A stretch of 64,000 nucleotides of DNA from Candidatus Thorarchaeota archaeon (GTDB lineage Archaea; Asgardarchaeota; Thorarchaeia; Thorarchaeales; Thorarchaeaceae), in contig JBHIAE010000001.1 of assembly GCA_046758445.1 (NCBI GenBank), positions 96,001 to 160,000 of the forward strand, given 5' to 3'. The notes under the pieces are model-generated. The model was not told the origin of the DNA. It worked only from the letters and a program-made list of their open reading frames with translations, and ran no database searches. Shown piece after piece: positions 10,271 through 20,118 of the stretch (its first letter is position 1; the number at the start of each line of letters is the position of its first letter). The position numbers and the translations under genes are program-made.

Positions 10271-10768
10271 TTATGGGGGCGTCCAGTCTAGAGGAATGTT
10301 TACAGCAAGGATTCTTAGCAGTTCCTTTGCCATCTTATCGTCAAATCTGCAGCTCTCCCAAACCTTTTGCTCAAATAACAGATTGGCATTATCCCTAATA
10401 GAAAACGTGAGTAAGGGAGTATTAGGGAGAGCTCTTTCCGAACAATTCTCCAAGTCCCATATCTTCTTCTTAACTAACTCTTGTATGAAAATCGACAACT
10501 TCTCAATAGAAAACGCAATCTCTCTCTTTTTTGCTGCTTTCTTTTCTCTAGTGATATCGACTGGTATTCCTTTTGGTATCTTCCAATGTACGACTTTGTC
10601 AGAGGTCACGGTTATTCTTAGTCGTGAATAATACGCGGTGTGTCCAGATTGATACTCGAATGAGAAGTTCGCCAATCCAGCATTCTCTTTTAGCAGACCC
10701 TTAAGGTATTTCTTCAATTCTTTCTTAGTATACACCACATACCTCCACCTCAATATCGTTGGGTTCAC
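10271..10768 (-). CDS. Hypothetical protein, AT-rich gene
   Basis: 165-aa ORF in visibly AT-rich DNA. Confidence 0.65.
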   Translation of the reverse strand: MNPTILRWRYVVYTKKELKKYLKGLLKENAGLANFSFEYQSGHTAYYSRLRITVTSDKVVHWKIPKGIPVDITREKKAAKKREIAFSIEKLSIFIQELVKKKIWDLENCSERALPNTPLLTFSIRDNANLLFEQKVWESCRFDDKMAKELLRILAVNIPLDWTPP

Positions 10769-10842
10769 TGGTATGTATCAAAGAAAACATGTCGCATAAT
10801 AAGCTCATTTGGGACAAAACGGTGTCCAAAGAAACTGGCTTC

Positions 10843-10886
10843 TGAAGAAATAGAAGTTTGAAGGAGGGCTTTGCGGCCCTACCTTC
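10843..10886 (-). terminator. Putative actin terminator (hairpin plus pyrimidine tract)
   Basis: Minus strand gaaggtagggc-cgcaaa-gccctccttc followed by aaacttctatttcttc just after the actin stop. Confidence 0.55.
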
Positions 10887-10899
10887 AGAAACTGTTGGT

Positions 10900-12039
10900 C
10901 TAAATACACCTGTGGATGACTTCAGGTCCTGCTTCCTCGAACTCCTTCCTGCTGACCCACATCTTCTGGAAGGTCTTCAGTGAGGCGAGGATGCTTCCTC
11001 CAATCCAGACAGAATACTGCCTCTCAGGTGGAGCAATGATTCGGACCTCGATGTTCTCTGGAACCAGTTCGGTGATCTCCTTGTGGAGCCTCTCCTTCAG
11101 CCCAGGGAACATGGTTGAACCACCGGACAACACAACGTTGGCATACAGGTCACGTCGCAAGTCGACGTCGCATGCCTTAATTGACTCAACAATGTGGTCG
11201 TCAAGTGGCTGGGTGTCAAGACCGATTGCGCTCGGATTGAAGAACAGCTCAGGAGCCTGGAACCTCTCGGCACCAACAGTGATGACCTCACCGTCTGGCA
11301 ACATGTAAGGTTTGTCAACACCCGCCTTATCGGCTACGGTTCTCTCCCGCTCAGGATCAAGGGCTACATAGCATAGCTTCTCCTTGACATCTCTGACAAT
11401 CTCCTTCTCTGCGCCGCTCACAAAGGTGTAGCCCCTCTGTCTGAGCAGTCTGCGCAGGTACTCTGTGATGTCACGTCCTGCGAGGTCGAGTCTTACGATC
11501 GCGTGTGTGATGGCAAAGCCCTCGTAGATTGGGACTATGTGTGTCACACCGTCGCCAGAGTCAATAACAAGCCCCGTCGTTCTTCCCGACGCGTATAGCG
11601 ATAGCACTGCCTGTGTGGCAACGTACACTGCTGGAACGCCAAAGTTGTCAAACATGACTGAGGCCATTCTCTCCCTGTTTTCACGGGGGTTGAATGGTGC
11701 CTCCGTCAGGAGTACTGGGTTCTCGCTCGGGTCGATCTTAAGGTCGTTATAGAATGTGTACGACCAGATCTTCTCGATTGCGTCCCAGTCATCAATAACA
11801 CCGTGGGTTATTGGGTAGACAAGGCGGAGCACTCCACGCAGGTTGATAGCTTCCTCACCGATATAGTAGTCACGTGTATAGTGGTCAACATCGGTCATGA
11901 TGGATTCGTATCTTGGATATCCAATCAATGTGGGCCAAACACTTCGTGGCTGATCTTCGCCGGCGTATCCGTTTTTACTAAGTCCAGTGCCGTTGTCAAT
12001 GACAATCGGCTTCGCGCCAAGGAACTCGTCTTCAGCCAT
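10900..12039 (-). CDS. Asgard actin (Lokiactin-type)
   Basis: [64 protein letters not shown]-terminal IHRCI. Confidence 0.98.
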   Translation of the reverse strand: MAEDEFLGAKPIVIDNGTGLSKNGYAGEDQPRSVWPTLIGYPRYESIMTDVDHYTRDYYIGEEAINLRGVLRLVYPITHGVIDDWDAIEKIWSYTFYNDLKIDPSENPVLLTEAPFNPRENRERMASVMFDNFGVPAVYVATQAVLSLYASGRTTGLVIDSGDGVTHIVPIYEGFAITHAIVRLDLAGRDITEYLRRLLRQRGYTFVSGAEKEIVRDVKEKLCYVALDPERERTVADKAGVDKPYMLPDGEVITVGAERFQAPELFFNPSAIGLDTQPLDDHIVESIKACDVDLRRDLYANVVLSGGSTMFPGLKERLHKEITELVPENIEVRIIAPPERQYSVWIGGSILASLKTFQKMWVSRKEFEEAGPEVIHRCI

Positions 12040-12140
12040 TTCTTTCGGTCCTCTTTTTACTTTTCGTAGCAGATCTCAGAACCTAGAATCTCAACTCGGA
12101 GTTCTGGAACTCTTCGTTGATGTACGTGCTGAGAATATTC

Positions 12141-12148
12141 TATTTAAG
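12141..12148 (-). promoter_or_regulatory. Putative TATA box of actin
   Basis: CTTAAATA on the minus strand about 100 nt upstream of the actin ATG. Confidence 0.4.
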
Positions 12149-12301
12149 ACTTAGCTGGATAAGTCTCGGGTTTTGACGATTCATACAAGACCCACATAGT
12201 TTGCGTATGTCTTGCAGTTTTACTACATTCGCAGACGTTTCCTAGATGGCGTTTCGAGAACGATTCTTGAACGGTTTGTTCGGCCCATTATCTAATTGAA
12301 A

Positions 12302-12327
12302 GATGCATATACGCATCATATATATAT
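12302..12327 (+). promoter_or_regulatory. Inverted repeat GATGC-N6-GCATC plus TATA-like (AT)n upstream of wHTH-CARF gene
   Basis: gatgcatatacgcatc directly followed by atatatatat, about 33 nt before ATG 12360. Confidence 0.45.
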
Positions 12328-12359
12328 CTTGTAGATAAAGCCGTTTTTGAGGTCAGGAC

Positions 12360-13142
12360 ATGTTCTGGGAGACCGCTGACCAAGTCATTCACCGTGAAGC
12401 AGAGAGCGTCAGAGTCCGTAGAGTGATTCTAGATCAGCTAGAGGGCGGACACAAGACAGGGAAGGAACTCAGAGAAGCCATTAGGAAGGACATGGCTGCA
12501 CAGGCACTAGAAGCCGGAGCAGAAAGTGTCAATCTCGCAGACTTCAACGTGACAGACCCAAAACTGTACTTCAATACGAAGCGCCTCGAAGAGCTTGGAA
12601 TCATCACCAGCAGAAAGGACTCACAGCACAGGAAGTTCGCTCTGACTCCTTGGGCAGTGCAACCAGTGAGAAGAGTATTGGGAGTAATCAGACCCGTTGC
12701 CATGCTCACATCTATGTCACGCCCTGAAGACCAGCGGCCATTTGTCACTTGGTTGAATGATCAGAAGGATTTCGATGTGAGTAAGCTGCATGTCATCGTC
12801 GAGGACAGGACCTTCACAAGAGGTTCGATGAGAAACCTAGAGAGATATCTCCCCAAGGGCGCCAAACCCAAATGGGAAACAGTATGGAATGACATGCCGG
12901 TTGATGCCACTGGCAACTTTGACACCAATATCCCTGGAGATCTGATGGCAACCCAGAGAGAGATAGATAAGATCATAATAGACAATCTCACACAATACGA
13001 TCTTGTCATAGACCTGTCAGCCGGACCCCCACTCATCGTTTTGGCCCTCTCACTACTCGCGATGCACTACTCAATTACAGCCATCTTCGTAAGACATAAG
13101 GACGGAGAGAATGCCCTCACGCGAGTGCTTCCAAGGGAGTGA
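12360..13142 (+). CDS. Winged-HTH transcription factor with C-terminal CARF-like Rossmann domain
   Basis: N-terminal wHTH (RVILDQLEGG...KLYFNTKRLEELGII); C-terminal LVIDLSAGPPLIVLALSLLA resembles CARF motif II. Confidence 0.6.
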   Translation: MFWETADQVIHREAESVRVRRVILDQLEGGHKTGKELREAIRKDMAAQALEAGAESVNLADFNVTDPKLYFNTKRLEELGIITSRKDSQHRKFALTPWAVQPVRRVLGVIRPVAMLTSMSRPEDQRPFVTWLNDQKDFDVSKLHVIVEDRTFTRGSMRNLERYLPKGAKPKWETVWNDMPVDATGNFDTNIPGDLMATQREIDKIIIDNLTQYDLVIDLSAGPPLIVLALSLLAMHYSITAIFVRHKDGENALTRVLPRE

Positions 13143-13837
13143 GAACAGAGTTGGCCCGGGGTGACAGTGGTCTTACTTGGGAACCGATAGGACTGGACGA
13201 CAAACTGAGAGTAATCCTAGAGGGAGTGAAGTCGGCTGAAGTTGAGACCCCTAAGCAGAACACCCGGACACTTCGCAAGACCAAACGTTGGCGTGAACAA
13301 CTCACAGATGTTATTGAATCCTTGATTCGAATTGGGAACGACCTCGCTCCCAAACTTGAGAATGAACTGGGCATTCCTTTGAAGGCCAACGAGCTGCTTC
13401 GGGTCGCCATGTTTCAGCCCAGCACGAAGAATCTCTTCAGTGAGCTTGAGATTCACTTCTCCTCAAGTGATCGAGGTCCTCTTGACAGACAGGACTACAC
13501 AGTACTTGGTTCGCTCAACGAGATGGCGAAATCATTGGCACTCGTGGGAGATGCAGCTATATCGATGGCAGTGCTACACCATATTTGGCAGCCGAAGGCG
13601 ACAGATGTTGGAACGCTCACGCAGAGAAGATCGGACCTTGTAAGCAACGAGCACCTAGCTGGAGTGTGCGATGATTGGGGCTTGTATGAGCATCGCATTC
13701 ACTTCGACCCAGTAGAGCCAAGCAAGTCGGAGATTGAACATGATAAGGGCACTCTTGTGGAGGCCATATATGGCATAGTCTACATTGGGCACGGTTTTCA
13801 AAGAGTCAAGGACCTTGTTCCGAAACTAATCCAGTGA
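13139..13837 (+). CDS. Ribonuclease III-domain protein (Mini-III-like, no dsRBD)
   Basis: SLALVGDAAI, LTQRRSDLVSNEHLA, KGTLVEAIYGIVY; overlaps upstream stop (GTGA). Confidence 0.8.
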   Translation: MRTELARGDSGLTWEPIGLDDKLRVILEGVKSAEVETPKQNTRTLRKTKRWREQLTDVIESLIRIGNDLAPKLENELGIPLKANELLRVAMFQPSTKNLFSELEIHFSSSDRGPLDRQDYTVLGSLNEMAKSLALVGDAAISMAVLHHIWQPKATDVGTLTQRRSDLVSNEHLAGVCDDWGLYEHRIHFDPVEPSKSEIEHDKGTLVEAIYGIVYIGHGFQRVKDLVPKLIQ

Positions 13838-13852
13838 TTCTTTGTTTGGACA

Positions 13853-15340
13853 TCAGGCTTCGGTCATGTCAAACTCATCAAGCAATTCCGGAGCTTCTTC
13901 ACCAACAGGAAAGAGCTGATTGAATTCACGCCGAATCTCTTGTGCGTTCTCTGCATCAGCGTATACTCGTACGGAGGGGATAGTGAGCTTCTGTTGCTTG
14001 AGAAGCTTCATCAAAGGCCGTCCTTCATTAACGTCTTCTAGGAACACGATACCAAGACCAGTGCTCTCCCCGCCCACAAGCAACGGTATAGCCCCAAGAG
14101 CCTTTTCACCCAGCTCCGGATCGACTATATCAATTATGACTCTCCCTGGGTCTCCGGCAACCCGAGTTTCTGCATCGATTAGCTTCTCAATGTCCTTGAA
14201 CATCTCAAGCAGTTCATTCTTTACATCAGGGTCGAATGACATCAGAGAACGAGAGAGCACAACCTTGAACAGACGCCGATAGCGTATCCTAGAAACGTAC
14301 TCTCTTACAAAATCGACCTCAGACTCCTTCAGCCAGCCCAACAAGTCTGCATCTGTCATTCTTGTAAAGAATCCATAGCATTCGTTTCTTGACAGGTCTT
14401 CCTCCTTCATACGGAAATAAGTCGCCTTCGAGAGTAGAGCCTCAGCGAGTTTGACAGCATGATGGAGATAGAGGTCGCTGAACATCCAGTTCCTGCTCAA
14501 AATGAGTGACTCCAATGAATGTAGAGCCTTTAGCATGAATGCACGAATGTAGTTGCCATTTCTGTCACGTACTACGCGGTTTGTCATCATCACGCGCTCT
14601 GCCGGGAAGATCCCGAGCTCAACACCACTGAAGTGAGCATCGCGAATAAGGTAGTCTGTCTTGTCAATATCAAGCGGATGATCGACAAACTCGGATAGTA
14701 GACTTAGTACCGGATCCCGAGTCTTCCGACGTAGCACCTCTACAATGTCTTTGGGTTCAATGTTGTTCTGAGAAAGGATGTCACTAAGACTGCTGTGACG
14801 GATGAGCGACTCGCCCAGATCTAGATGATCTAAGCCCGCCCACCCTCTGAGAGCGTACTCAATGGAATGCGATGTCGGAGGATGACCCACGTCATGCAAA
14901 AGGGCGACCGCCCTGAACACCTTCTGCTGGTACGCATCAAGAAGATTCGATAGAGGAATGAAACATGGATCGTCCAAGTCCTCGCAATAATTCACCACAC
15001 GAATACACTTCTGGGCTAGGAAGTTGGTGCCGATGCAGTGTTCAAAGCGTGTGTGTGTGGCTCCCGGATAAACAATGTGTGCAGGACCGAGCTGTTTGAC
15101 AAACCGGAGTCTCAGCATCTCTCCACTTGAGATTACATCCAGCTCCCAAGGCTCAAGTAGAATCGCTCCGTAGATTGGATCCTGAATCGCCTTCTGACGA
15201 GTGTGCTTCTCACCAAGTGCCAGTAGCCTTTCATGCTCACCAATCTTGCCCTCAATATCCGTCCAAGCCTGTCCTCTCCCCGCCTTTGCTGAGTCAATCT
15301 CGCTTTCACGCATCCCTGTAAGGCGTATGAGCCTGATCAT
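13853..15340 (-). CDS. HD-domain phosphohydrolase (SAMHD1/dNTPase-like)
   Basis: RLRFVKQLG, PGATHTRFEH, LLHDVGHPPTSH, DIDKTDYLIRD. Confidence 0.9.
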   Translation of the reverse strand: MIRLIRLTGMRESEIDSAKAGRGQAWTDIEGKIGEHERLLALGEKHTRQKAIQDPIYGAILLEPWELDVISSGEMLRLRFVKQLGPAHIVYPGATHTRFEHCIGTNFLAQKCIRVVNYCEDLDDPCFIPLSNLLDAYQQKVFRAVALLHDVGHPPTSHSIEYALRGWAGLDHLDLGESLIRHSSLSDILSQNNIEPKDIVEVLRRKTRDPVLSLLSEFVDHPLDIDKTDYLIRDAHFSGVELGIFPAERVMMTNRVVRDRNGNYIRAFMLKALHSLESLILSRNWMFSDLYLHHAVKLAEALLSKATYFRMKEEDLSRNECYGFFTRMTDADLLGWLKESEVDFVREYVSRIRYRRLFKVVLSRSLMSFDPDVKNELLEMFKDIEKLIDAETRVAGDPGRVIIDIVDPELGEKALGAIPLLVGGESTGLGIVFLEDVNEGRPLMKLLKQQKLTIPSVRVYADAENAQEIRREFNQLFPVGEEAPELLDEFDMTEA

Positions 15341-15459
15341 GTCGACATCCAGACCCGCAGGAGGATTATCTTTCTTGGATTGTATCGTAGGTCACCTGCT
15401 TCGGTCTTTCCTCTTGCGGTTATTTAAGCCATGACATCAATAGTAGACGGTGAAGACGC

Positions 15460-16086
15460 TTAGGGTTCTAAGACTCTGGACCTCTTGACTCTATTCCGGG
15501 CCCCGCTGTACGCGAGTGTGTTTGCACGTTCCATTGCCTGACAATACTCGTCAGGATGGCAATGGCCCCATCGTTGAAGAGCCTTGCAAGATGGAGCACT
15601 TCGTGCCTTGTAGAAAGGGGGTTCAATCAGGTTCGCCTTGACCAAGAAATCTGCGACAATCTTGATACTGTTCTTCTCGTAGGCCTTGCGAATGCATGGC
15701 GGTGCTCTGTCCATCAATCTTGGATTGATCAATCGAAACAGTCTGAGCCACAGAAGACACTTCTTTGCTGTGTAGAGAAAGTCGCAGTTTGGGCAGAGCC
15801 CCTTTCTTATGGAGAGCCGACACAGCTCTTCCCTACTCTCCTTCTTGAGTCCTGAATGGCGCAGTAGGTGGAACTTGATGTCTGTGAACCATTCTGGTGT
15901 AAATGAGCCAAACTCTCCGATGAAGGACTGAAGCTGCTCTGATACCTCCTCATCAGACGCGTACCAGTTCTCTTCGTTCAAGAGCGAACGCTTCTTAACT
16001 TCGTTCATCATAATCCTAGGTTGTCGTTCTTCAAAGGACATCTTAAACGCATCAGTTTGTTCCTGATGCAACGCATAGGGCTTCAT
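15460..16086 (-). CDS. Protein with primase large-subunit C-terminal Fe-S-like domain
   Basis: APPCI and APSCKALQRWGHCHPDEYC match the PriL-CTD Cys pattern. Confidence 0.55.
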   Translation of the reverse strand: MKPYALHQEQTDAFKMSFEERQPRIMMNEVKKRSLLNEENWYASDEEVSEQLQSFIGEFGSFTPEWFTDIKFHLLRHSGLKKESREELCRLSIRKGLCPNCDFLYTAKKCLLWLRLFRLINPRLMDRAPPCIRKAYEKNSIKIVADFLVKANLIEPPFYKARSAPSCKALQRWGHCHPDEYCQAMERANTLAYSGARNRVKRSRVLEP

Positions 16087-16188
16087 TCTGTTAATCTTCG
16101 ACAGTTGTTGGAGGAACTCTTAAATTGTGCTAGCAAACTTCAACTGTTCAGCACCCTCTACCGCCATTAAAGTCGAGGTCACTCTCGC

Positions 16189-17199
16189 ATGACCAAGCTA
16201 AGTCTGTTGACCCAAGTCTCATTCAAAGAGGCCATTACTTCACTTGAGTTGGCCGACTTAGATGGAAGTGGTAGGGACAACATCGTCATCTCGACAATGA
16301 ATGGGGATCTCAGAGTCTTCGATTTTGTGTCCGGAAAGAAACCGAAGTTGAAGGAGGTTGCCAAGACTAGTGGACTTCCACCTGTTGCAGTCTTGGATGT
16401 TGGTGACATTCTAGGCAACGGACAACCAGACTTCATTGTAGCTGGACTAGACAACCAATTGCGGCTACTTGTCTTCATGGATGGCAAGCTTCAGGTCAAG
16501 AGCTCCACTCCAATTGGCACACTACCCACATCACTAGTAGTCACGAATGTGATGGATGACAAGAGCGCTGAAGTGATAGTAGCTACGAATGACAATGCTC
16601 TCAGATGCTATGGTTGGTTTGACGTTGTGCTAGACAAGCTAGCGCACAAGGTTGTAGAGAGTCCAGTCTTCTCAATGAGACCCTTATCCATCGCAAACGT
16701 ACCATACAGTCGATTCGTGTTTGGCGACGAGAACGGCTACCTCTACATGTATCAGTATGCGGACGACAGACTGCACGAGATTCAGAGAATCAAAGTTGGA
16801 AAGGAAGTTTACCTTGTTGCAACTGGATCAATGACAGCGGGGAGATACGACGAGGTTGCAACTGTTTCGGATGAAAGAACCTTGACTGTCTTCGGGATGG
16901 AGCAGTACTCTCTGGAGAGTCTTCTATCAATAAAGACGCCTGACGCCGTGACTGCGCTCAAAATAGGAAGAATCATGGACAACGCCTCTGCTGGGCAGGT
17001 CCTACTAAGTCTCCGTGATACAACACTCCTTCTTATGGGCTTCACGGGCCTTGAGCTGGAGGAGGTCGCTTCTTTGAAGACGGCATCAAAGCCTGGTGAT
17101 TCTCTTGTGGCCTACGGTGATATTGACGGGGACTCCTCCATGGAGATTGTTCAGACTGTTGGCAATAATCTCTTTGTGATTGGTGTAGAAGACGAGTAG
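16189..17199 (+). CDS. FG-GAP-repeat beta-propeller protein
   Basis: ADLDGSGRDNIV, GDILGNGQPDFIV, GDIDGDSSMEIV repeats; no signal peptide evident. Confidence 0.75.
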   Translation: MTKLSLLTQVSFKEAITSLELADLDGSGRDNIVISTMNGDLRVFDFVSGKKPKLKEVAKTSGLPPVAVLDVGDILGNGQPDFIVAGLDNQLRLLVFMDGKLQVKSSTPIGTLPTSLVVTNVMDDKSAEVIVATNDNALRCYGWFDVVLDKLAHKVVESPVFSMRPLSIANVPYSRFVFGDENGYLYMYQYADDRLHEIQRIKVGKEVYLVATGSMTAGRYDEVATVSDERTLTVFGMEQYSLESLLSIKTPDAVTALKIGRIMDNASAGQVLLSLRDTTLLLMGFTGLELEEVASLKTASKPGDSLVAYGDIDGDSSMEIVQTVGNNLFVIGVEDE

Positions 17200-17202
17200 A
17201 GT

Positions 17203-17622
17203 CTAGTTCAGTTTGGGTAAGAAGACCTCATTCGGCTGAAGCACCTGGATGCTCTTGACGGCCTTTATGGATTGAATCTTCGGTACAACTTCGCTTTCGA
17301 GCCAACCCTTCACCTTCAATCTGGCTTCTTCGATGTTCTCAGCCTCGGCGTTCATGTCAAACCTGATGAATAGATTGTAGGGTTCTCGCTCGGATACTTC
17401 CTTCTTAATCATTGCCCAGAAAGCTTTGGACCCCTCAGGAATGTCAATCCTGCCGAGAATCTCCGACCATGACTTGCCCTCAAGCCGCCTCGACACTATG
17501 GCTAGGTCTTTTAGTTCTGACAGCTCCTTCAGGGCCGCCAAGACAGACTCTCCAGTCTTCTTAGTGTCCTTGACCTCCTCAAACTCAGCGATAAGGTAGT
17601 GATCCGCTCTGAACTTGGGCAT
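17203..17622 (-). CDS. Hypothetical protein
   Basis: 139-aa ORF with GGAG SD, co-oriented with the two upstream genes. Confidence 0.7.
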   Translation of the reverse strand: MPKFRADHYLIAEFEEVKDTKKTGESVLAALKELSELKDLAIVSRRLEGKSWSEILGRIDIPEGSKAFWAMIKKEVSEREPYNLFIRFDMNAEAENIEEARLKVKGWLESEVVPKIQSIKAVKSIQVLQPNEVFLPKLN

Positions 17623-17672
17623 CGGCCTTGCTCCCTCATGTAATGACGCGGCGGGCCAGCATCCTCTCGCTC

Positions 17673-18308
17673 TTAAGTATGATGGTCAGCTGGCTCGTTC
17701 TGAGCCATCATGATCTCATTCCTGTAGTGATGGTAGCGATACGCGGCCGTTAGGAGTCCCATTATGGTGACTGTGAACAGACCCCAAAGAAGAAGCATAA
17801 GAAGCGAGAAAACAACCAAGGTGAGTAACCTCTCCGATCTCGCACCAACACCTACATCCAAATCGCTGACGCCCAGGCTCTCGGCTCTCGACCTCGTGTA
17901 ACTGGTCATCAGCCACCCCATAAGACACAACATCACCCAGAGAGATACTGGCAGGCCGGCCAGAAATGAACCGGAGTAGGCCAAAGCAATTGCAAACAGA
18001 AGGATGAACTCCGAAACTCTGTCTGAAACAGAATCCGTGAGGGCTCCAGACGTAGACCCACCCTCCTCAATCCTAGCTAGCGCTCCGTCGACACCATCAA
18101 AGAACCCCACCAAGAACACAAGCACTCCGTAGATAGGCTCGGAATGCAGAAGAGCAAGCGCCAGCAAGGCAATCATCGCAAGGAAAATCGTGAAGTATGT
18201 GACGGTGTCCGGCAGGACTCCTCTTCGATGCAAAGTAGTTGCCACACGAGTCACAGCACCTCTGAAGAAGCCTCGAACTCGGATTCTGCTTGGCGACATC
18301 TTCATCAT
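17673..18308 (-). CDS. CDP-alcohol phosphatidyltransferase (archaetidylinositol-phosphate synthase-like)
   Basis: DGVDGALAR...GALTDSVSDR signature; SYTRSRAE; hydrophobic helices. Confidence 0.9.
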   Translation of the reverse strand: MMKMSPSRIRVRGFFRGAVTRVATTLHRRGVLPDTVTYFTIFLAMIALLALALLHSEPIYGVLVFLVGFFDGVDGALARIEEGGSTSGALTDSVSDRVSEFILLFAIALAYSGSFLAGLPVSLWVMLCLMGWLMTSYTRSRAESLGVSDLDVGVGARSERLLTLVVFSLLMLLLWGLFTVTIMGLLTAAYRYHHYRNEIMMAQNEPADHHT

Positions 18309-19330
18309 CTCTTGAGTACCGCTTGTCCATGCACTACAGCATTGTGTACTTTGGAACTCTTGGACACTAGAGCGTTTCCGAACAGTATTGAGTTGTCAAT
18401 TTGACAGCCTTCTTGTACAACAGTATTGCGGCTCAGGCTGACGTTTGGACCGATTCTACACCTGGGACCTATTGTGGTTCCCGCGTAAACAAGGGTCGGG
18501 CCTGTTATGCGAGTTCCTGGCCCCAGTGTAATTCTAGGAGCAATCTCAGTACGATTTTCAGCATTAATGGTGTCACCAGACCGTACGAACATAGAATCAT
18601 GTGGTGAGAGTCTAATACTCTGGAGAAGGTGTTGGTTGGCCGCCAATAGATCACTGAAGTCGTCGATGTCAAACCAGTAGCCAGATACAGACGCAGATGC
18701 AACGTGATATCCCTCTGCGATCAACTGGTTCAAAGCAGAGGACACTGTGGTATGCCCTTTCGCAAGAGCTCTTTGCATATGTCCCAGCAATGTACCCTCC
18801 GCAACCGATGTCATGACACTCCTGCCAGTTTCCCTAGTATCCTTCGTTATTTCATCAAAGCCTCTGACCTGGCCATCTTCGGACATATGGATCGAAGCGC
18901 CCTGATCCGCAGTCATGTCCACTCCCACAGTCATGAGCTGGTTGGACCTCTGTGCATTGTGAACCGAGATGATCTCGGAGACAATCGTTGGGTCCACTAC
19001 GTAATCTGCCGGGCAAATGAGCAATCTTTCCGGTGGGGCGAGTTCCAGCGCAGACACGATTGTCTCCAGAGGGCCCAATTCATAATCAACAACTGTCGTT
19101 ACTTTGATCTTGTCGGAGTCAGTCAACTGACGGAGGTGTTCTTCAATCAACTCGCCATGCCAGCCGACACCGACTGTGAAAGAATGAACCCCTGCGGTCT
19201 TCAGATCGTCTATGAGCCGTTCAATGAGAGGTAAGCCAGCAGCTGGAATGAGAGGTTTCGGAACCTCGTCTGTCAGGGGACTCATTCTGGAGCCCCTTCC
19301 GGCAGCCAGTATGACGGCGTGTATGCACAT
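18305..19330 (-). CDS. NDP-sugar pyrophosphorylase/nucleotidyltransferase with left-handed beta-helix
   Basis: ILAAGRGSRMSPLTDEVPKPL; C-terminal hexapeptide repeats. Confidence 0.88.
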   Translation of the reverse strand: MCIHAVILAAGRGSRMSPLTDEVPKPLIPAAGLPLIERLIDDLKTAGVHSFTVGVGWHGELIEEHLRQLTDSDKIKVTTVVDYELGPLETIVSALELAPPERLLICPADYVVDPTIVSEIISVHNAQRSNQLMTVGVDMTADQGASIHMSEDGQVRGFDEITKDTRETGRSVMTSVAEGTLLGHMQRALAKGHTTVSSALNQLIAEGYHVASASVSGYWFDIDDFSDLLAANQHLLQSIRLSPHDSMFVRSGDTINAENRTEIAPRITLGPGTRITGPTLVYAGTTIGPRCRIGPNVSLSRNTVVQEGCQIDNSILFGNALVSKSSKVHNAVVHGQAVLKR

Positions 19331-19366
19331 TCCTCCTCTGGATTACCTCCAAACGAGATGGTTCAT

Positions 19367-20095
19367 ATGAGTGTTCGGGACGAGTATTCGGGAGTGACCT
19401 TGACACCCAGAGTTTTAAGAGTACTGGACCCGAGCGATTGGTCTGAGATACTCGCAGAGGCGAGTTCAGTGCTTCTTGAGGGTGGTCTAGTCGTCTATCC
19501 CACGGACACTAGCTATGGACTTGGTTGCGACCCGCAAAAGAAGAAGGCGTTAGAGAGGCTCCTGTCCTTAAAGGATAGAGACCGGAAACTGGGAGTTCCT
19601 CTGCTATTCTCCGACCTAACCCAATGTGAAACGTACCATGATTTCGGACCACTTGAGGAGATCATTGTACGACTCTTTTGGCCTGGGGCTTTGACACTCG
19701 TGGTTAGCCCCAGAGAGACCGTCCCCGATTATATCAGCGGAGAAAGGGCCTCTATAGCAGTGAGAGTGCCTGACCATTCCATACCGCGGAGGCTTGCGGA
19801 GGAGATTGGAGGGCCGATAGTTGGGACCAGTGCCAATAGAAGTGGAGGTCCCAGTCCATTCGAGATATCTGTAGCAATAGAACAACTTGGCGATGAGGTT
19901 GACGTATACATTGACGGAGGGCCTTCAGCTGCGAGTGACGATTCCACCATGATTGGAGTCGAGAAAGCAGATACTGGAGGAGAGCATCTTGATATTAGGC
20001 TCTATAGAGAAGGCCAACTCAGCATGGAGAGAATCAGTGCGGATTTAGCCAAGGACCCGGATGCTCTCATGTTCTGGACAACACGCATTGTCTAA
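19367..20095 (+). CDS. sua5: L-threonylcarbamoyladenylate synthase (Sua5/TsaC/YrdC domain)
   Basis: VVYPTDTSYGLGC, KDR, FWPGALT, GTSANRSG; start uncertain (19367 chosen). Confidence 0.88.
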   Translation: MSVRDEYSGVTLTPRVLRVLDPSDWSEILAEASSVLLEGGLVVYPTDTSYGLGCDPQKKKALERLLSLKDRDRKLGVPLLFSDLTQCETYHDFGPLEEIIVRLFWPGALTLVVSPRETVPDYISGERASIAVRVPDHSIPRRLAEEIGGPIVGTSANRSGGPSPFEISVAIEQLGDEVDVYIDGGPSAASDDSTMIGVEKADTGGEHLDIRLYREGQLSMERISADLAKDPDALMFWTTRIV

Positions 20096-20118
20096 TCTGA
20101 TATGTGAGGTGAAAAGGT

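Noticed and set aside
12360-15340. CRISPR-Cas locus (CARF-like, HD, RNase III)
   Set aside because: No repeat-spacer array or cas core genes; the HD protein is SAMHD1-like rather than Cas3-like
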